The position numbers were made by a program, and so were the translations under genes. 64,000 nucleotides of DNA from Schizosaccharomyces osmophilus (taxonomy: Eukaryota): contig NC_079239.1 in assembly GCF_027921745.1 (NCBI RefSeq), positions 2,542,001 to 2,606,000 on the forward strand. The letters are read 5' to 3'. The notes beneath the pieces were generated by a model that was not told where the DNA came from, did not search any database, and was given only the letters and a program-made list of their open reading frames with translations. Below, one piece after another: positions 45,501 to 58,764 of this stretch. Each line of letters begins with the position of its first letter. Positions within the stretch are counted from its first letter, which is position 1.

Positions 45501-48101
45501 GTAACTGGCTTTTCTGAGGTTGGACCATGGGGTAACTCTCGCACTAGATGGGATATGGAATGTTATGGTGAATTTTCTTTAGAAGGTTGCATAGAAATCG
45601 CATGGATTATGGGTCTCATCAAAAATTTCAACGGTGTTGGTAAGAACGGTAAACCTTATTCTGGCTGGATTGATGCAAAGACTGGCGAGCCTGTCGACGA
45701 TAAAGATGTTAAAGGCAAGTACGAAAAGTACATCTTGGAGCATTGTGGTATTCGTATTATTGAGCCTGAACTCTTTAAAGGATATAACCCTGATAAGAAG
45801 GAATTACTCCAGGAAGTCGTTATTGATCACGACCTCGAACCATTTGAGGCATCCAAGGAAGCTGCCCATGAGTTCAAGCTTCGTCACAATGATAATGTTG
45901 AAATTTTTGAAATTCCTGACTCCAGTGAATGGTCCGTTCGCTTCAAACGTGGTACTACCATGTTGGTTCCTAAAGCCCTTCGTTTTGATAGATTCGTAGC
46001 TGGGCAAATCCCATTGGGTTGGGATCCTAAACGTTTTGGTATTCCTGACGACATCATCTCACAAGTCGACCCCACCACTTTATATGTTTTGGTTTCTACT
46101 GTTGAGGCTCTGATTTCTTCTGGTATCACCGATCCTTATGAATGTTATAAATATATTCATGTCTCTGAACTTGGTAATACTATCGGCTCTGGTATTGGTG
46201 GTATGTCCGCTTTACGTGGAATGTACAAAGATCGTTGGACAGATAAGCCAGTTCAAAAGGACATTTTGCAGGAATCTTTCATTAACACTGCTAATGCTTG
46301 GATTAACATGCTTCTCCTTTCTGCTTCTGGCCCTATTAAAACTCCCGTTGGTGCTTGTGCCACCGCCGTTGAGTCCGTTGATGCAGCTGTTGATTTGATT
46401 TCTTCTGGTAAGGCTCGTATCTGTATTAGCGGTGGTTTCGATGACTTCTCTGAGGAAGGATCGTACGAATTTGCTAATATGGGTGCAACCGTTAATGCTG
46501 CCGAAGAAACTAAGCGTGGACGTACTCCTCAAGAAATGTCTAGACCCGCTACCACTACCCGTAATGGTTTTATGGAATCTCAAGGTGCTGGTGTTCAAAT
46601 TGTCATGCAAGCCAAACTCGCTATTGATATGGGTGTTCCCATTCATGGTATAGTCGGGCTTGTTAATACTGCTATGGACAAGCAAGGTCGCTCAATTCCT
46701 GCTCCTGGTAAGGGTATCTTGACTGGTGCTCGTGAGGTTGCCTCTAAGGTTCCTTTGCCTCTCCTTGACATTAAATTCCGTGCTCGTCAACTTCAACGTC
46801 GTCGTCAACAAATTGGTGACTGGGCTGAACGTGAATATCTTTATCTAGATGAGGAGCTTGAAGCTATGAAAGTTCAAGATCCTGAATTGGAAATCAGCGT
46901 TTATCGCACCGAGCGCATTAACGTTATCGGGGAAGAAGTTGCTCGCCAAGAGAAGGAAGCTCTTAATACTTTCGGTAATGAGTTTTACAAGCGTGATCCT
47001 ACTATTTCTCCTCTTCGCGGTGCTTTGGCTGTTTGGGGTCTTACCATTGATGACTTGGGTGTCGCTTCGTTCCATGGTACATCTACTGTTGCCAACGAAA
47101 AGAATGAATGTGATGTTATAAACAGTCAATTAACACATCTTGGTCGCTCAAAGGGTAACGCAATTTACGGTGTTTTCCAAAAATACCTCACTGGCCACAG
47201 CAAGGGTGGTGCTGGTGCCTGGATGCTTAACGGTGTTTTGCAAATTCTCAACAGTGGTTATGTTCCTGGTAACCATAATGCTGATAACATTGACCAATAC
47301 TTGTCTAAGTTCGACCGTGTTATGTTCCCTAGTGAAGGTATTCAAACGGATGGAATTAAGGCTGCTTCCGTCTGCGCTTTCGGTTTCGGACAAGTTGGTG
47401 GTCAGGTCATTGCTATTCACCCTGATTACCTTTTTGCCACTTTAGACAAGTCAGCTTATGAGAGTTACATTGCTAAAACTTTGGACCGTTATAAGGCTTC
47501 GTATCGCTATACTCACGATGCCTTGGTTTATAACAACCTTGTTCGTGCCAAGACTGCCCCTCCTTATACCGCTGATCAAGAACATGATGTTTATCTTAAC
47601 CCTCTTGCACGCGTTGTCAAGGGTAAGGATGGATTATATTCTTTCCCTACTTCTCTTCCTGCCGAAGCTAAAGTCTCCAAATCCAATGAAACAACCAAGG
47701 CTATTGAAGCTTTGGCTAGTAACATGACGAAACCAAACCAGAATGTTGGTGTCGATGTGGAGCTCATTTCTTCGATAAACGTGGAAAATGAAACCTTCCT
47801 TGAAAGAAATTTCACCGATGCTGAGCGTTCTTATTGTGAAGCTGCTGCCAACCCTCAATCTAGCTTCGCTGGCCGTTGGTCGGCTAAAGAGGCTATCTTC
47901 AAGTCTCTTGGTGTCGCTAGCAAGGGTGCAGGATGTGCATTGAACGAGATTGAAATTGTTGTCTCCTCAACTGGAGCTCCTGAGGTTGTTTTACACGGAG
48001 AAGCTGCCTCTGCTGCTTCCACTGCTGGTGTCAAGAGTGTTTCTGTTAGTATTTCTCATGATGATGTCCAAAGCGTCAGTGTCGCTATTGCTCAAAAGTA
48101 A
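42576..48101 (+). CDS. fas2: Fatty acid synthase alpha subunit (ACP-KR-KS-PPT)
   Basis: [33 protein letters not shown] start; GGKSTLQNE (ACP Ser), [15 protein letters not shown] (KS Cys) and GVDVE...WSAKEA (PPTase). Confidence 0.97.
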   Translation: MRPEVEQELAHTLLLELLAYQFASPVRWIETQDVILSPPVSAERLVEIGPSPTLSGMARRTLKLKYENMDAALSINREVLCYAKDGREIYYNFEDEMPDEPAPAKPAETGAAPAAASAPAPAAAPAPAAAPAAASGPAAELPDEPPKAVEVLHSLVAQKLKKSIEEISLQKSIKDLVGGKSTLQNEILGDLQKEFGATPEKPEEVPLDELAGVLQMSFSGSLGKQSSSLISRMVSSKMPGGFNNSAVRGYLSSRFGLGTGRTESVLLLGLTMEPASRLPSEADAKAWLDSVSQKYASRAGVTLSAPSTEGSSSGGSSAVIDEETFKKLTKGNTMLVTQQLELFARYLNKDLRAGDKANVAERAVSDALRAQLDLWNLEHGEFYASGIAPIFSSLKARVYDSDWNWARQDALKMFFDIIFGRLKHVDTEIVARCISIMNRSNPLLLEFMQYHIDHCPSQNGETYQLAKTLGQQLIDNCKGVLESPPVYKNVNHPMAPSTTICERGYLNYEEVPRAGVRKLTHYVTEMAKGGKLPAESKNTAKVQNDLAHIYRIIKDQNKMSRSSKLQIKQLYGQVLHALNLPLPSSDEATPVKETIPFLHLKRKSSDAFEFSKSFTGVYLDVLENGARNGITYQGKYALVTGAGAGSIGAQLVEGLIAGGAKVVVTTSRFSRKVTEFYQSMFTRHGSRGSALIVVPFNQASKQDVEALVDYIFDEKNGLGWNLDFIVPFAAVPENGREIDNIDSRSEFSHRIMLTNILRLLGAVKQQKESRGMDTRPAQVILPLSPNHGTFGNDGLYSESKLGLETLFNRWSSESWGNYLTICGAVIGWTRGTGLMAPNNIVSQGIEKYGVRTFSQTEMAFNILGLMSQKIVDLCQTEPVYANLNGGLELLPDLKNLSTRLRGELLETAEVRRAVAAEASFDHKITNGPGSDRIYQKTTVQPRANLKFEFPKLKSYEALSHLSDLRNMVDLENVAVVTGFSEVGPWGNSRTRWDMECYGEFSLEGCIEIAWIMGLIKNFNGVGKNGKPYSGWIDAKTGEPVDDKDVKGKYEKYILEHCGIRIIEPELFKGYNPDKKELLQEVVIDHDLEPFEASKEAAHEFKLRHNDNVEIFEIPDSSEWSVRFKRGTTMLVPKALRFDRFVAGQIPLGWDPKRFGIPDDIISQVDPTTLYVLVSTVEALISSGITDPYECYKYIHVSELGNTIGSGIGGMSALRGMYKDRWTDKPVQKDILQESFINTANAWINMLLLSASGPIKTPVGACATAVESVDAAVDLISSGKARICISGGFDDFSEEGSYEFANMGATVNAAEETKRGRTPQEMSRPATTTRNGFMESQGAGVQIVMQAKLAIDMGVPIHGIVGLVNTAMDKQGRSIPAPGKGILTGAREVASKVPLPLLDIKFRARQLQRRRQQIGDWAEREYLYLDEELEAMKVQDPELEISVYRTERINVIGEEVARQEKEALNTFGNEFYKRDPTISPLRGALAVWGLTIDDLGVASFHGTSTVANEKNECDVINSQLTHLGRSKGNAIYGVFQKYLTGHSKGGAGAWMLNGVLQILNSGYVPGNHNADNIDQYLSKFDRVMFPSEGIQTDGIKAASVCAFGFGQVGGQVIAIHPDYLFATLDKSAYESYIAKTLDRYKASYRYTHDALVYNNLVRAKTAPPYTADQEHDVYLNPLARVVKGKDGLYSFPTSLPAEAKVSKSNETTKAIEALASNMTKPNQNVGVDVELISSINVENETFLERNFTDAERSYCEAAANPQSSFAGRWSAKEAIFKSLGVASKGAGCALNEIEIVVSSTGAPEVVLHGEAASAASTAGVKSVSVSISHDDVQSVSVAIAQK

Positions 48102-48305
48102 TTTGCCTACGATAATATACCCGCGCATCATTTAATGCTCTATCTATCTTGAATTTAGGCATGCTCTTTTTGTCATTATATATCTAATTTAGAGCACATA
48201 CTATGTAGTCAATGTAATATAATACCCGTTTACACATTATAAACAAATTAAGTTGGTAAGTACTAAGTAATCTAAACGTAGCGGAATTAACAATAAATAA
48301 TTATC

Positions 48306-50906
48306 TTAAGCTATTTCATGTTCTTCGTAAATTTCTGATAACCAGGCAGCCGTTGTCAGTTCATCAAATTGAACAGGACCACCATAAGTTTCCAGATTGT
48401 TTTTTTGAAATAAAATATCCATTAGGTGCCCAACAGATGTCCAACCGTAAGCATTAGGAAATCGTCTTCTAACGAAAAGACTATTGTGAGCATCACCATC
48501 CAAATGGACAGATACCTTTCTCCATGATTGTCGATGCCAATTGGAAGATATAATATTTTCGTTGAGTAGAAAATCCGTAGCCGTCAATGATGGCTTGTGG
48601 TCGTTTGCTAAAAACGGGTCAATATCGTGGGCCTCAACGCTCATAGCTTCGCACATTTCATCAGAAACTATAGCGTTAAAAGATTTGAACTTTAAAAAGT
48701 AAATAGAAGAAGGAACAGCTGGAATAAGCAAATTCGTAACAGTATTGATCAAACGGTTAGCTAATCCAGATAGAGTACTCGTGGATTTCGATTTTTTCGT
48801 AGGATACGAGTAAGCCCGTGTTGGTTCATTTGCAGCTTCCGCTGCCCTATTTTCGAGCTTTGAGTCTTTTAAGTTTTGAGCGGTTGATAATTCATTAGTG
48901 GCATCATCGGGAAGGGAATGTTGGGATGAAGGAGTACTAAATAGGCCAGCTAATGCTTTAAAGGCATTTGAAAATGATGAGCTCTTTGTTTTCGAAGGAA
49001 TCTCGGAATTGGGGATAGTGTCAGAACAACGATGCCTTTCAGATGTAATATTGGCATAATGCGTACCGTCTGTAGGTTGGCCCGCAGAAGGGATATCCAA
49101 ATGATCATGCGATCCAGCAGGCAAATTTTTCTTTCGATTTTCTATATTACCATCCAACTGACCTAAAGAATTAGGTTTTATAGCACTGGTGCCGTATGGA
49201 ACAATGTAATCATTTGTTGTGTTGGCAAAAAGTGTTCGATGCTCAAAAAGAGACACTGCCTGATGAAAAGGTGAAGCAGGATCAGACATCACGACTAAAA
49301 ATGGTCTTGGCTCTATGGGATGCGCACTAGACGTTAATGCTAGGTCCTGGCCAGTACGACCGATGATACCATAAGATAAGGCCTTTCCAACATAGAACGG
49401 ATGTTCAGCTGCAACCCCAAGCCAAGGAGTGGCTAATGTGACGAAATGAAGAGGATGAACAGCTTGGAAAAAGCGACCGTGAGTTTTTGCATGCACGTAT
49501 CCTGCTGCATACGTTTGAACTAGACCTCCTAAGGAGTGCCCGACAAAAGAAATATGAGAATACCTAGGAAAAGAGCTTGTTCCCCAACCAAGTATTTCGA
49601 GGAGCCATTCAGCAAGTCGTTTCCCAAGCCATCGGACTCCTTTGTCTGTTTGGCAATAATTCCCCCTGTATCCTCGTACAACCACAAGTTCGCCGTTTTC
49701 GTCCGCAGACTTTATAATTTGCTCTTTTAAGTACTCCATATCAGCGCCAACATTGGAGTGCATTCCATGAGTTAAGATTACCAAATGCGACTTATCGGCT
49801 TGAAATGAAGAGGGGGGTATTTTCCATAAAGCAGATGGACTAGTGTGTTCTATATGAAGGGATGGGAACGCATGCAGGGTATCGACTTCAGCAGCCGACA
49901 TGGCACGAATGGATTGCTGCGTGGTCGCAATGGCTATTTCAAAACTAACACGGCAGTCTCTGAAAATAGCTTGGCTAGCAATTTCGATGTGTATTGGCTT
50001 ATTATTTGAGTAGCATGCATAAGGAATGCAGACCCAGAAACTAGACGATGGTTGTACCTGTGGTTCAAAGCTCAAAAGGGAATTTTCTTCAGAGCAAAAA
50101 AAGTCATTCCATACACTTACACATAAAGTAAAAGGACCTTGAAGGTAGGACGCTTTTCGAAACCGAGGTTCTTTGTTTCTGACTCGCACCCAAACAACTG
50201 AAGTTGGGGATCGGGTTAAAGGGACTGTATGATCAGTGGCGGAAGAGCGACGAACGGAATAAGGTAATTCATTCTCCGATGTAGGAGAGCTTTGTTGCAA
50301 GTCTTTGGTATTTATCGCAGTCTTTGATGATGGCATATCACTAGATTGGGATACACGAGGCTTCCCTTCAGGCCTAATAGGGGGTTGATGAACAGTACTT
50401 GGTAAAGCAGAATATCTGTCCGGGGCCAGGGAAAAAGACTTTAAGGAAGAATGAACGGAACTTGAGATGGTAGGCTCATTCTTTGATTCTTCGAAGTCTG
50501 ATGGGCCATTGCGGAGACCCAAAAGAGATGTAGAAGTTGGCTGAAGGGTTGAATTCCTTGTATTTTCTTCTTTATGTGAGGGTTCTACAGTGGCATTGGT
50601 TTCAATACAGACACGAAACCGATGAATTTCACCCAGAGAAGCTAGAACTAGTTAGTAAAACTAAACATAAACAATAAAAAAAGTTTCAAATTCACATTCG
50701 CTTCGCCATCTCTCCACATGCACTCTCCCTTTCTTTATCCTGCAAACATTTCTCTTATTCATCCAAAGGAATAACGAAGTCGGACGAAAAAATGCGTATC
50801 GCAGTGAATCTTGAAAAGAGATATAATGAATAATATAAACGGTTCCAACAGTTCTGAAACTCCTTTTACGAAACTTACCATCATCTCGCTGTACATAAAT
50901 GTTCAT
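48306..50906 (-). CDS. rog1: DUF676 alpha/beta-hydrolase lipase (Rog1-like), 2 exons
   Basis: Exon 1 is 50906-50879 (MNIYVQRDD); intron 50878-50642; HLVILTHG, GHSLGG and TLATPWLG motifs. Confidence 0.8.
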
Positions 50907-51247
50907 ATTCACCAAGTACCAAGAAGGGCCTCAAAGAAATTCAAGTAGAGCCAGAATAAAAATTAAGAGCGTAAACCAAGAAAAATTTAGTAAACGAAGA
51001 CAAGGATTAACTCGAAAATCATAAAGAACAACTTTGCCAAAGAAAGATCGTTTCTCTGGAATTGTAAAGCACGAAGAGTCTTGTTTCAATCGCAAAAGCT
51101 TGCACTTCAAAATCCTCGCTTTGAAGAAATTGACGTCTTTGTGTTTCAGAATAAAAAGAAATTGCTTGTAATATTCTCTTTTCAGGATTCCCTGGTTAAA
51201 TCAAGGAAGAAAAACACTTGTATCGAACGATTTTAAAAGCAACCAAA

Positions 51248-52187
51248 ATGGTGAGTGACAAGGATGGAGGTTGTTGGGAAAAGACCCAATGCGTAAACAA
51301 GAAGAATGATAACTAATAATTAGTCGTACAACGGAATTGGATTGCAAACTCCTCGTGGGTCAGGGACAAATGGTTATGTGATGCGTAATTTGTCGAACGT
51401 AAAGCGATATAACAATACTGGAACCAAAAAGATGCACGAGTATGATGAAAAGACGCTAACGAAACGAAGAATCGACCCAGAAATAAGCAAACATGAGCGT
51501 CGGCGGCAAATTGAATCGAAAGTGTTGTTGTTTCGAGAGGAATTGCTAGCACATACGGAGCCCCAACAGACTCGGTATCCCGAGGAAGAGGATATAGAGA
51601 GAAAAGAGGTAGAAGAAGAAGAAAGAGGAAAAAGAGATGAAAATATTGAAGCGTTAGTGCAGGAATATCGTGAAAAATTGTGGAAAGAATCCGAAGAAGA
51701 AGATCGGTACCATGAGAAAAACAACTTCGAGTCCCTGATGCACGATGACGATGAGGTTTCAGGTTCCCGCGGTCGGAATGACTACCATGGACACGAAAGG
51801 AAGAATCAAAAATACAAAGGAAGACTAGAAAGTAGAAGAGATATAAGTCCTATGTCAGCCTCAAGAGGATCGCAGAATCGAAGACATGGAGATTCGTATT
51901 ATCGAGGAAGAGATCGATATGTGGACGATGTGGAAAGGGACTACGAACCGGACAGGCGTTCTAGTCGATCGGAACGTCCAAAGAGGGAAGATTACGATAG
52001 CTACTCATCGTATCGACCTCGTCGCCATGCTCGTTCACGTTCCAAATCTCGATCTCCTTCACCAAGGAATCAATTGGACACAAGAGAGGAAAGAAATTAT
52101 CACTTTCGCCGACCTTCCTTTCAAAACCGAGAAAGATCACCACCTGAGCGAGGAGAACTTCAAGAGTCCAACTCTCCTATTGAATGA
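51248..52187 (+). CDS. cwf21: Spliceosomal protein Cwf21/Cwc21 (SRRM2 N-terminal homolog); first coding exon is ATG only
   Basis: ATG|GTGAGT...CTAAT...TAG| (intron 51251-51323) gives MSYNGIGLQTPRGSGTNGYVMRN; cwf21 domain HERRRQIE; RS-rich tail. Confidence 0.9.
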
Positions 52188-52488
52188 AGCAGATAAAACA
52201 ACCATTTTTATTAAATAATATTTCTTTATAGTTGTTGTTTCACCACCATGTTTAATTGACAAAAGTAACTTACATCTTGTAAAGGATTGCTTCTCTATGG
52301 AATCTCGGTATGGTACCCAAGTACATTTTCCTTTACGTTCTTTCACAATCAACTGATTTAGGATCGCCAATTCTTCTTTTTTTTCTATAAGTTTTCGCTT
52401 CTGCTTTGTCATCCCAAAGACTTATTGTTCTTCTACTCCATTTGCAAGAAACTTCATTTTTGTCCTTCTTTACATACATTTTCTTCGC

Positions 52489-52496
52489 TATAAATA
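52489..52496 (+). promoter_or_regulatory. TATA box of the Pol III U6 gene
   Basis: TATAAATA starts 29 bp upstream of the U6 5' end. Confidence 0.75.
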
Positions 52497-52517
52497 CAGT
52501 TATTTATTTAAACAAAT

Positions 52518-52668
52518 GATCTTCGGATCACTTTGGTCAAATTGAAACGATACAGAGAAGATTGTAAGTACACCCCATACGACCAAGGTTCGAGTCATAC
52601 TAACTCGTTGTTTAGAGCATGGCCCCTGCACAAGGATGACACTGCGACATTGAGAGAAAACCCATTTT
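52518..52668 (+). ncRNA. snu6: U6 snRNA interrupted by a 52-nt spliceosomal intron (52564-52615)
   Basis: 5' hairpin GATCTTCGGATC; ACAGAGA box; intron GTAAGT...TACTAAC...TTTAG; then AGC triad and ISL ATGGCCCCTGCACAAGGATGACA; oligo-T terminator. Confidence 0.97.
52587..52596 (+). promoter_or_regulatory. Pol III B box inside the U6 intron
   Basis: GGTTCGAGTC matches the GGTTCGANTC B-box consensus. Confidence 0.8.
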
Positions 52669-53161
52669 TTTTTATTTTTCTACCCAAAAACATCGATTGA
52701 CACTTGCTGTTTATCAAATTGATTCGTAAAAACTTGTTATTTGAACAAGCAATTGCTCATTCGTTTTTTGCTATTTTTGACTACTTTTAACATCTGTTTA
52801 CCTAGATTCCTGTAAACAAACTGGATTGTGCATTTTTGGGATACTATTATTTTCGTTTCTTGAAAATCGTTTTGCAGGTTGGTTCATCTTTTTGAAAGAT
52901 TCGTGCTCGTTCAGTTTCGTCCGTGTTGAAAACGATTGTTTTCGTATTTATAAGTTTCTGTATTTGGATCACTTTTTAAATAGGAATCAAAACTTTTTTT
53001 AGTTATTTTATGGATTTCTTTAGCTAAATTCAATTGTATACTCGTGGAAAGCCCTTTATTATCTAGACATAAACCATTGACATCCATTATTAACTAGTCT
53101 TTTCTTTCTTTCTTCATTGGCTTTTTTTGTTTCCTCATCGTATATCCCCCATTTCTTTTGC

Positions 53162-56100
53162 ATGCGTTTCCGTTCCCTGTTCCACGTTCATCATAAAACC
53201 ACTGGTTTATGGAAGCCGTATCCATTTTGTCGCTGCTTCAACCTTCAAGCTTCGTTTCAACCTGTACGTTTCATAAGAACATTTTTAGGATCCTTTGCTA
53301 ATTCAATTCCTTCCTTTAGGTTCACATTGAAACAGCCTGGCATGAGCTACAGCAAAATCTTTCTCTTGTTGAGCATTCGCCTTCCAAGGTGAACATAAAA
53401 AGCGATGGTCCTCTCTACCCCATCCTTCTTCCGCCGCCTAATATCACAGGAAAGTTACACATTGGACACGCGCTCACTATTACCATCCAAGATGCTCTAG
53501 CAAGATATTATTCCATGAATGGCTATCAAGTATCTTTCCGCCCAGGAACCGATCATGCCGGAATTGCAACTCAGTCAGCTGTGGAAAAGTTTTTGAATAA
53601 AAAAGGCATCACAAAATCTAACCTTACTGAATCCGAATTCATGCTTCAAGTTCGAGATTGGGAACATCAGTTTCAGTATCGGATTCGAAAACAGCTTGAA
53701 GCATTTGGTGCTCTATTTGATTGGAAAAACGAATTTTATACACTAGATAAAAAAAGGTCTCGCTCGGTCTCTAAAGCATTTGTTGAATTATTTGATTCCG
53801 GTTACATATATCGAGCTAATCGTTTTGTCAATTGGTGTCCTAAATTGGCAAGTGCTATTTCGGAAATGGAAGTGGATTCGCATATGATTTCAGATCCTGT
53901 CACAAAATCAATTAATGGAGTTGCAGTTGATTTTGGATATATGTATCAAATCGCCTATCCATTAGTCGACTCTTGTGATGAGTCCATCATTGTTTCGACT
54001 ACTCGCCCTGAAACAGTTTTTGGGGACCGTGCCATTGCTGTTAACCCACAAGACCAGAAATATCAACGTTTTATTGGAAATTTTGTACGACATCCACTTC
54101 GTCCTGGCCTTGTTCTTCCTATCGTGGCAGACGACGCTGTTGATCCAAATTTCTACACTGGAGCTTTAAAAATTACTCCAAGTCATAGCTCCGTTGATTT
54201 CGATATCGCTAAAAGACATGGCATACCTTTAGCTACTATCTTGGATCAAAAAGGCCGTTTAGTCAATTGTTCAAATGAACTGGATGGAATGGATCGCTTA
54301 TGTGCGCGTCCCAAAATAATTCAAATGTTGAAAGACGTTGAATCTTTAGTAAAAAAAATTCCTCACTCTTGCGTTTTATCTGTTTGTTCTCGAACCGGGG
54401 ATGTAATTGAACCTATTATGGTCCCTCAGTGGTATTTGTCCGTCGATTTTCTTCGAAAACGACTCTTGAGTATGACTGAGGAACAAAACTTAAAGTTCTT
54501 TCCTTCTTCAACTAAAGATGATTGGTATCGATGGCTGGAAACCATGCAAGATTGGTGTCTTTCTCGTCAAATCGCCTGGGGTCATCGGATTCCTGTTTGG
54601 AAATATGAAACCACTAAGGGAGAGCAATGGGTAGCAGCTGAATCCCAAGAAGAAGCAGTGAAGAAGGCCAATGGAGCTTCTTTGGAGCAAGACTCTGATG
54701 TTTTAGATACTTGGTTCTCTTCTTCTTTACTTCCTTTGTCTTCATTTGGTTGGCCTTGTGAGAAGAATGTACCCGTGCTGCCATTCATAGAAAGTGGTAA
54801 AGACATCATATTTTTTTGGATAGCAAAAATGGCTTTGATGTGTTCTTATTTTACAAATGTTCTTCCCTTCCGAGAAGTTATTTTGCATCCTCTCATTCGG
54901 GACTCGGAAGGGCGAAAGATGTCGAAATCTTTAGGAAATGTCATTGACCCAATGGATATTATACATGGCGTCTCTTTGGAGAAACTGGAAGAGAAGCTTT
55001 TAGAAGGAAGCTTTTCAAAGTCTGAGATGGGTAAATCCTTGGCTCATTTAAAAAAGTCTTTTCCAAATGGTATTCGTGCCCAGGGATTAGACGCTTTGCG
55101 TTTTGGTCTTTGTCTTTCTTTGCATCATAATCAAAGGATTTTATTAGACATGGAAAGCTTCTCCAATTCGTACAGGTTTTTGTCAAAAATCTGGAACTTA
55201 ACGCGATATTTCAATCAGTATAAGTCTACTTTGGTCACTAATGATACGCCGACTGAGGTAGCCGATATTTTCCAAACAATTAAAGTCGCGTTTGATTATC
55301 GACTACAGCATACTGTTAAAAGTTGTCGTGTAAACTTTAAAAATCGATCTCTATTCAAGGTTTCAGAAGCTTTAGAAAAGTTTCTATTAAACGATTTGTC
55401 AGTCGAATTTGTTGATATTACACGTCCTATTTTAAAGAACCATGACAGCCAAGATCTTGTTTTGCAGTATTTCAGTCATCTCATGAACGTGTTTTTGCGG
55501 TTGGCTCATCCGGTTATACCATGCTTAACAGACGTATGTGAAAACAAGCCATTTTCGCTTGCACTTACTAATGATAAATTTAGGTATTGTGGGATCGTTT
55601 GGACTACATGCCAAAGGGACCTTTGCACAATAATATCTATCCCCAGGTAGACGAAGGAAAACTGGACTCCGAAGAGGCAGCCCGTGCTAATGAAGTTGTA
55701 AAAGAAGCTATGAAAATCATTTACTACTTACGAAGCTTAAAGGTAAATAAGCAGTTATCGCAAAACCAAAAATCACCTGTTTATATTATTACACGCACAG
55801 GAAGCTTGGACAAGTTTTGCGAAATAATCAGATCCTTAACAGGATACCAAGTAAAGGTACGTATCAGATTGCCCTATGTACAGTAACTAACTTATAGATG
55901 CAATTGCAAAACGATCTTGGAAGTTCTACGACTACTTTTGTTCAGTTTATGGTTTCCAGAGACACTACGCTAATGGTACCAGACGAATATATGCATCGTA
56001 ATACCCCAAAGTTGGAGAGAAGCGTAGAAGAATTACAAAAGAAGGTGAAGAAACTTGATTTTGTAACTACATCTGCTGGTTATACAAAAGCTCCAATGGC

Positions 56101-56182
56101 AGTCAAAGCAAAGAATAACCAGCATAGAGAGGAGCTACTTGCGATGATCCGTAGTTTAAAGGAAAAAATCAACGGCCTATAG
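53162..56182 (+). CDS. vas1: Mitochondrial valine-tRNA ligase, 4 exons
   Basis: Basic presequence MRFRSLFHVHH; introns 53264-53319, 55534-55583 and 55857-55897; PPPNITGKLHIGH, QDWCLSRQ and KMSKS motifs. Confidence 0.88.
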
Positions 56183-56532
56183 AATAAAATTTTACTAAGT
56201 TGTAGTATCAATTGATCTTGAGCAAGTCTCAGCCACCCCGACTATTGAAATGAATTATGTCTCATAGATTTAATTATCTAAACGAATGGCTCATGAAAAG
56301 TAGATCTTCAAAAATAACAATAGTAGTATATTAATTTACAAACAAAGACCAAACTAAACTAAATTTACGTGGTTATTTCTTTGTTTATATTCAACATTGT
56401 TTGATGTGGTTGACGGGCACATCTCAATCCGCTTTATTTTTTTTTTGTTTTTATTAACCTTCCGAAAACAAGCTCCCTCCTTTACTCTTTCTTTTCGCCG
56501 CTTTCAATTATAAATCAATCATTTAGGAAAGT

Positions 56533-58094
56533 ATGCAATTTGGTATAAAGACAAATTCCATCAGATTAGATGAAGACGAACGGACATTATATGTTGATAA
56601 GGCATGCGTGGTACTTCCTAGTGATTTAAGGAGTTGCTGCTCACTGAAAGGTATGAGAGAACTTAGAATTGTGCAAATTGAATTGAATTGAGTATTGATT
56701 TTACGCATAGACGTTATATGAGCTTGACTAACATGAAACATTTTAGAGCTCAAACCGGATTTGCTGCTGTCATTGAAATATCTTTTGAGAGTAGACGTAG
56801 TTGATTCTCAAGCTGTAATCCTTCACTATCTTTCACAATCTAGTAGGAAATGCACTCATTGCACTGTATATTCTTTGAACAACGCATATGGATTTGAGCA
56901 GTATTTGATGAAAAGGGCCTATGCGGGTAAGAGAACTTAAGAGAGAAGTCTGAACGGATTTTGATATTTCACCGAAAATCATTGCGCGGCTAACAATATG
57001 TAGGTACTCATGGCTTAAAACGGTTTTTTGTTCTCATCAATCCATTTGGCGGACAAGGAAAGGCAAATAAAATTTGGCAGCAGATGGCTTCACCTGTATT
57101 TCAAACGGCTCATTTGGAATGTAATATTGTTTTCACGGAGTACAGGAATCATGCTAGAAGCATCGTTGCAAATATTGACCTGAAAAGCTTGGATGCAATT
57201 ATCTGTGTCGGTGGTGATGGACTCTTTCATGAATGCTTGAATGGTCTAGGGGATAGAAAGGATAATGCTGTAGCATTTAACACTCCTCTTTGCATGATTC
57301 CCGGTGGGACGGGGAATGCTTTTAGTTACAATGCCACTCAGGAAACGCACCCAGCCTCAGTAGCCCTTGAAATTATAAAGGGCGTTAAAAAGTCATTTGA
57401 CCTGATGAGTTTTGATCAAAAGGGGGATATATCATATTCATTTCTTTCGGCAAATTACGGTATTATAGCTGATAGTGATGTGGGAACAGACAACCTGAGA
57501 TTTATGGGTGAGAATCGAACAATTCTTGGGTTTCTTATTCGATTGTTTCAAAAGCCTACCTGGAAATGCAAAGTGGAGATGGAAGTCGTCTCGTCCGACC
57601 GAAATGAAATGAGAAAAGCTTACCTCCAGCGCTTACAGCAAGCTACTATTAATAAGAATGGTGGTACCACGGACAGAATAGTAAATATGCCCTGGTATAA
57701 TGAAGGCAACATTTCCCGCGTCACTATTGACATTCAGGACCTTTCGGTTTTCTATGCTGGCCTTTTACCGTATGTCGCTGCTGATATGCGAGTGTTTCCC
57801 GTCTGTGACATTGACGATGGGTTAATCGACGTTGCTATTATTCGCTCGAATCCATTTCGTAGACCTCTCCTGAGCATGTTTATGCATATTGAAACCGGTG
57901 AACACTTTAATTCCGATTTTTTATCATATTACAAAGTTCGTTCGTTCCGTTTTACACCCATAGACACTGGAGCCCATCATTATTTTGTCCTTGATGGGGA
58001 AGAATATCCTTTTGTGCCTTTTGAATGTCGAGCTGCCCCCGGATTGGGGACTACTTTGGCTTCTCAAGCCGGATTTAAACTCTTAAGCTTGTGA
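56533..58094 (+). CDS. lcb4: Sphingoid long-chain base kinase (DAGKc), 3 exons
   Basis: Introns 56651-56746 and 56927-57003; INPFGGQG, GGDGLFHE, PGGTGNA and LDGE motifs. Confidence 0.85.
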
Positions 58095-58764
58095 GCTCGG
58101 GTTTTATGATAACTTTGAGGCTTTTCTTATGTCCTACCATTTTATTTTAATTGGGATCAGAGCGGTTATTCATTTTATTTTTGCATTGTTTTATACAACG
58201 GACTAATATACTAAGCTGTGCGTTTACCTTCTTTTTGAATTCAAATCTACAAATCCAACTAATCATGGAGAAATTAACATTCTTTTGTTTTTTTTTATTA
58301 TTCTTTTTTTTTTCATTTTTAGGTTGCTAGGAGTTAAAGCCGATTGCTTGTTATATACAATTAAATAATACAATTTTTAGCCTAAATCATAATCATGAAA
58401 AAAAAATCACAGTAACGGAATTGCTTTTCAGAATTGGAAACAAACAAGCCGATTTTCGTACTGGTTGTTAGGCTTCTCAAATCATTTCATTTCTCATTGT
58501 TTATTACTGACTTCATCAGTATGTTTCTACCAACTTCACCCAAGATCAACCTCCATTCATAATATACTCAAAGTCGAGCTTTGTTGAAGGATTATTTTAG
58601 CCACGTACTGATCTTTAAAGAAAACGAAGTTACTAACGATTCATCGCTTTTCAGCAAGGCTAAGCTATACCTTTTGCTGATTTGATTGCCATTCATGATC
58701 TGAAGGCTTTCTAGCTTGAAGTGACCTTTATATTTTCTTGATCAGCGATTTTCAATGAAAAAGA

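Noticed and set aside
42805..48135. Many 60-180-aa ORFs overlapping fas2 (and similar ones over tif33, rrp3, vps11, vas1 and myp2)
   Set aside because: Off-frame or antisense shadows caused by strong codon bias in real genes.
52137..52412. 91-aa minus-strand ORF between cwf21 and U6
   Set aside because: Lys-rich translation of T-rich 3'-UTR sequence; it overlaps the cwf21 end and has no recognisable motif.
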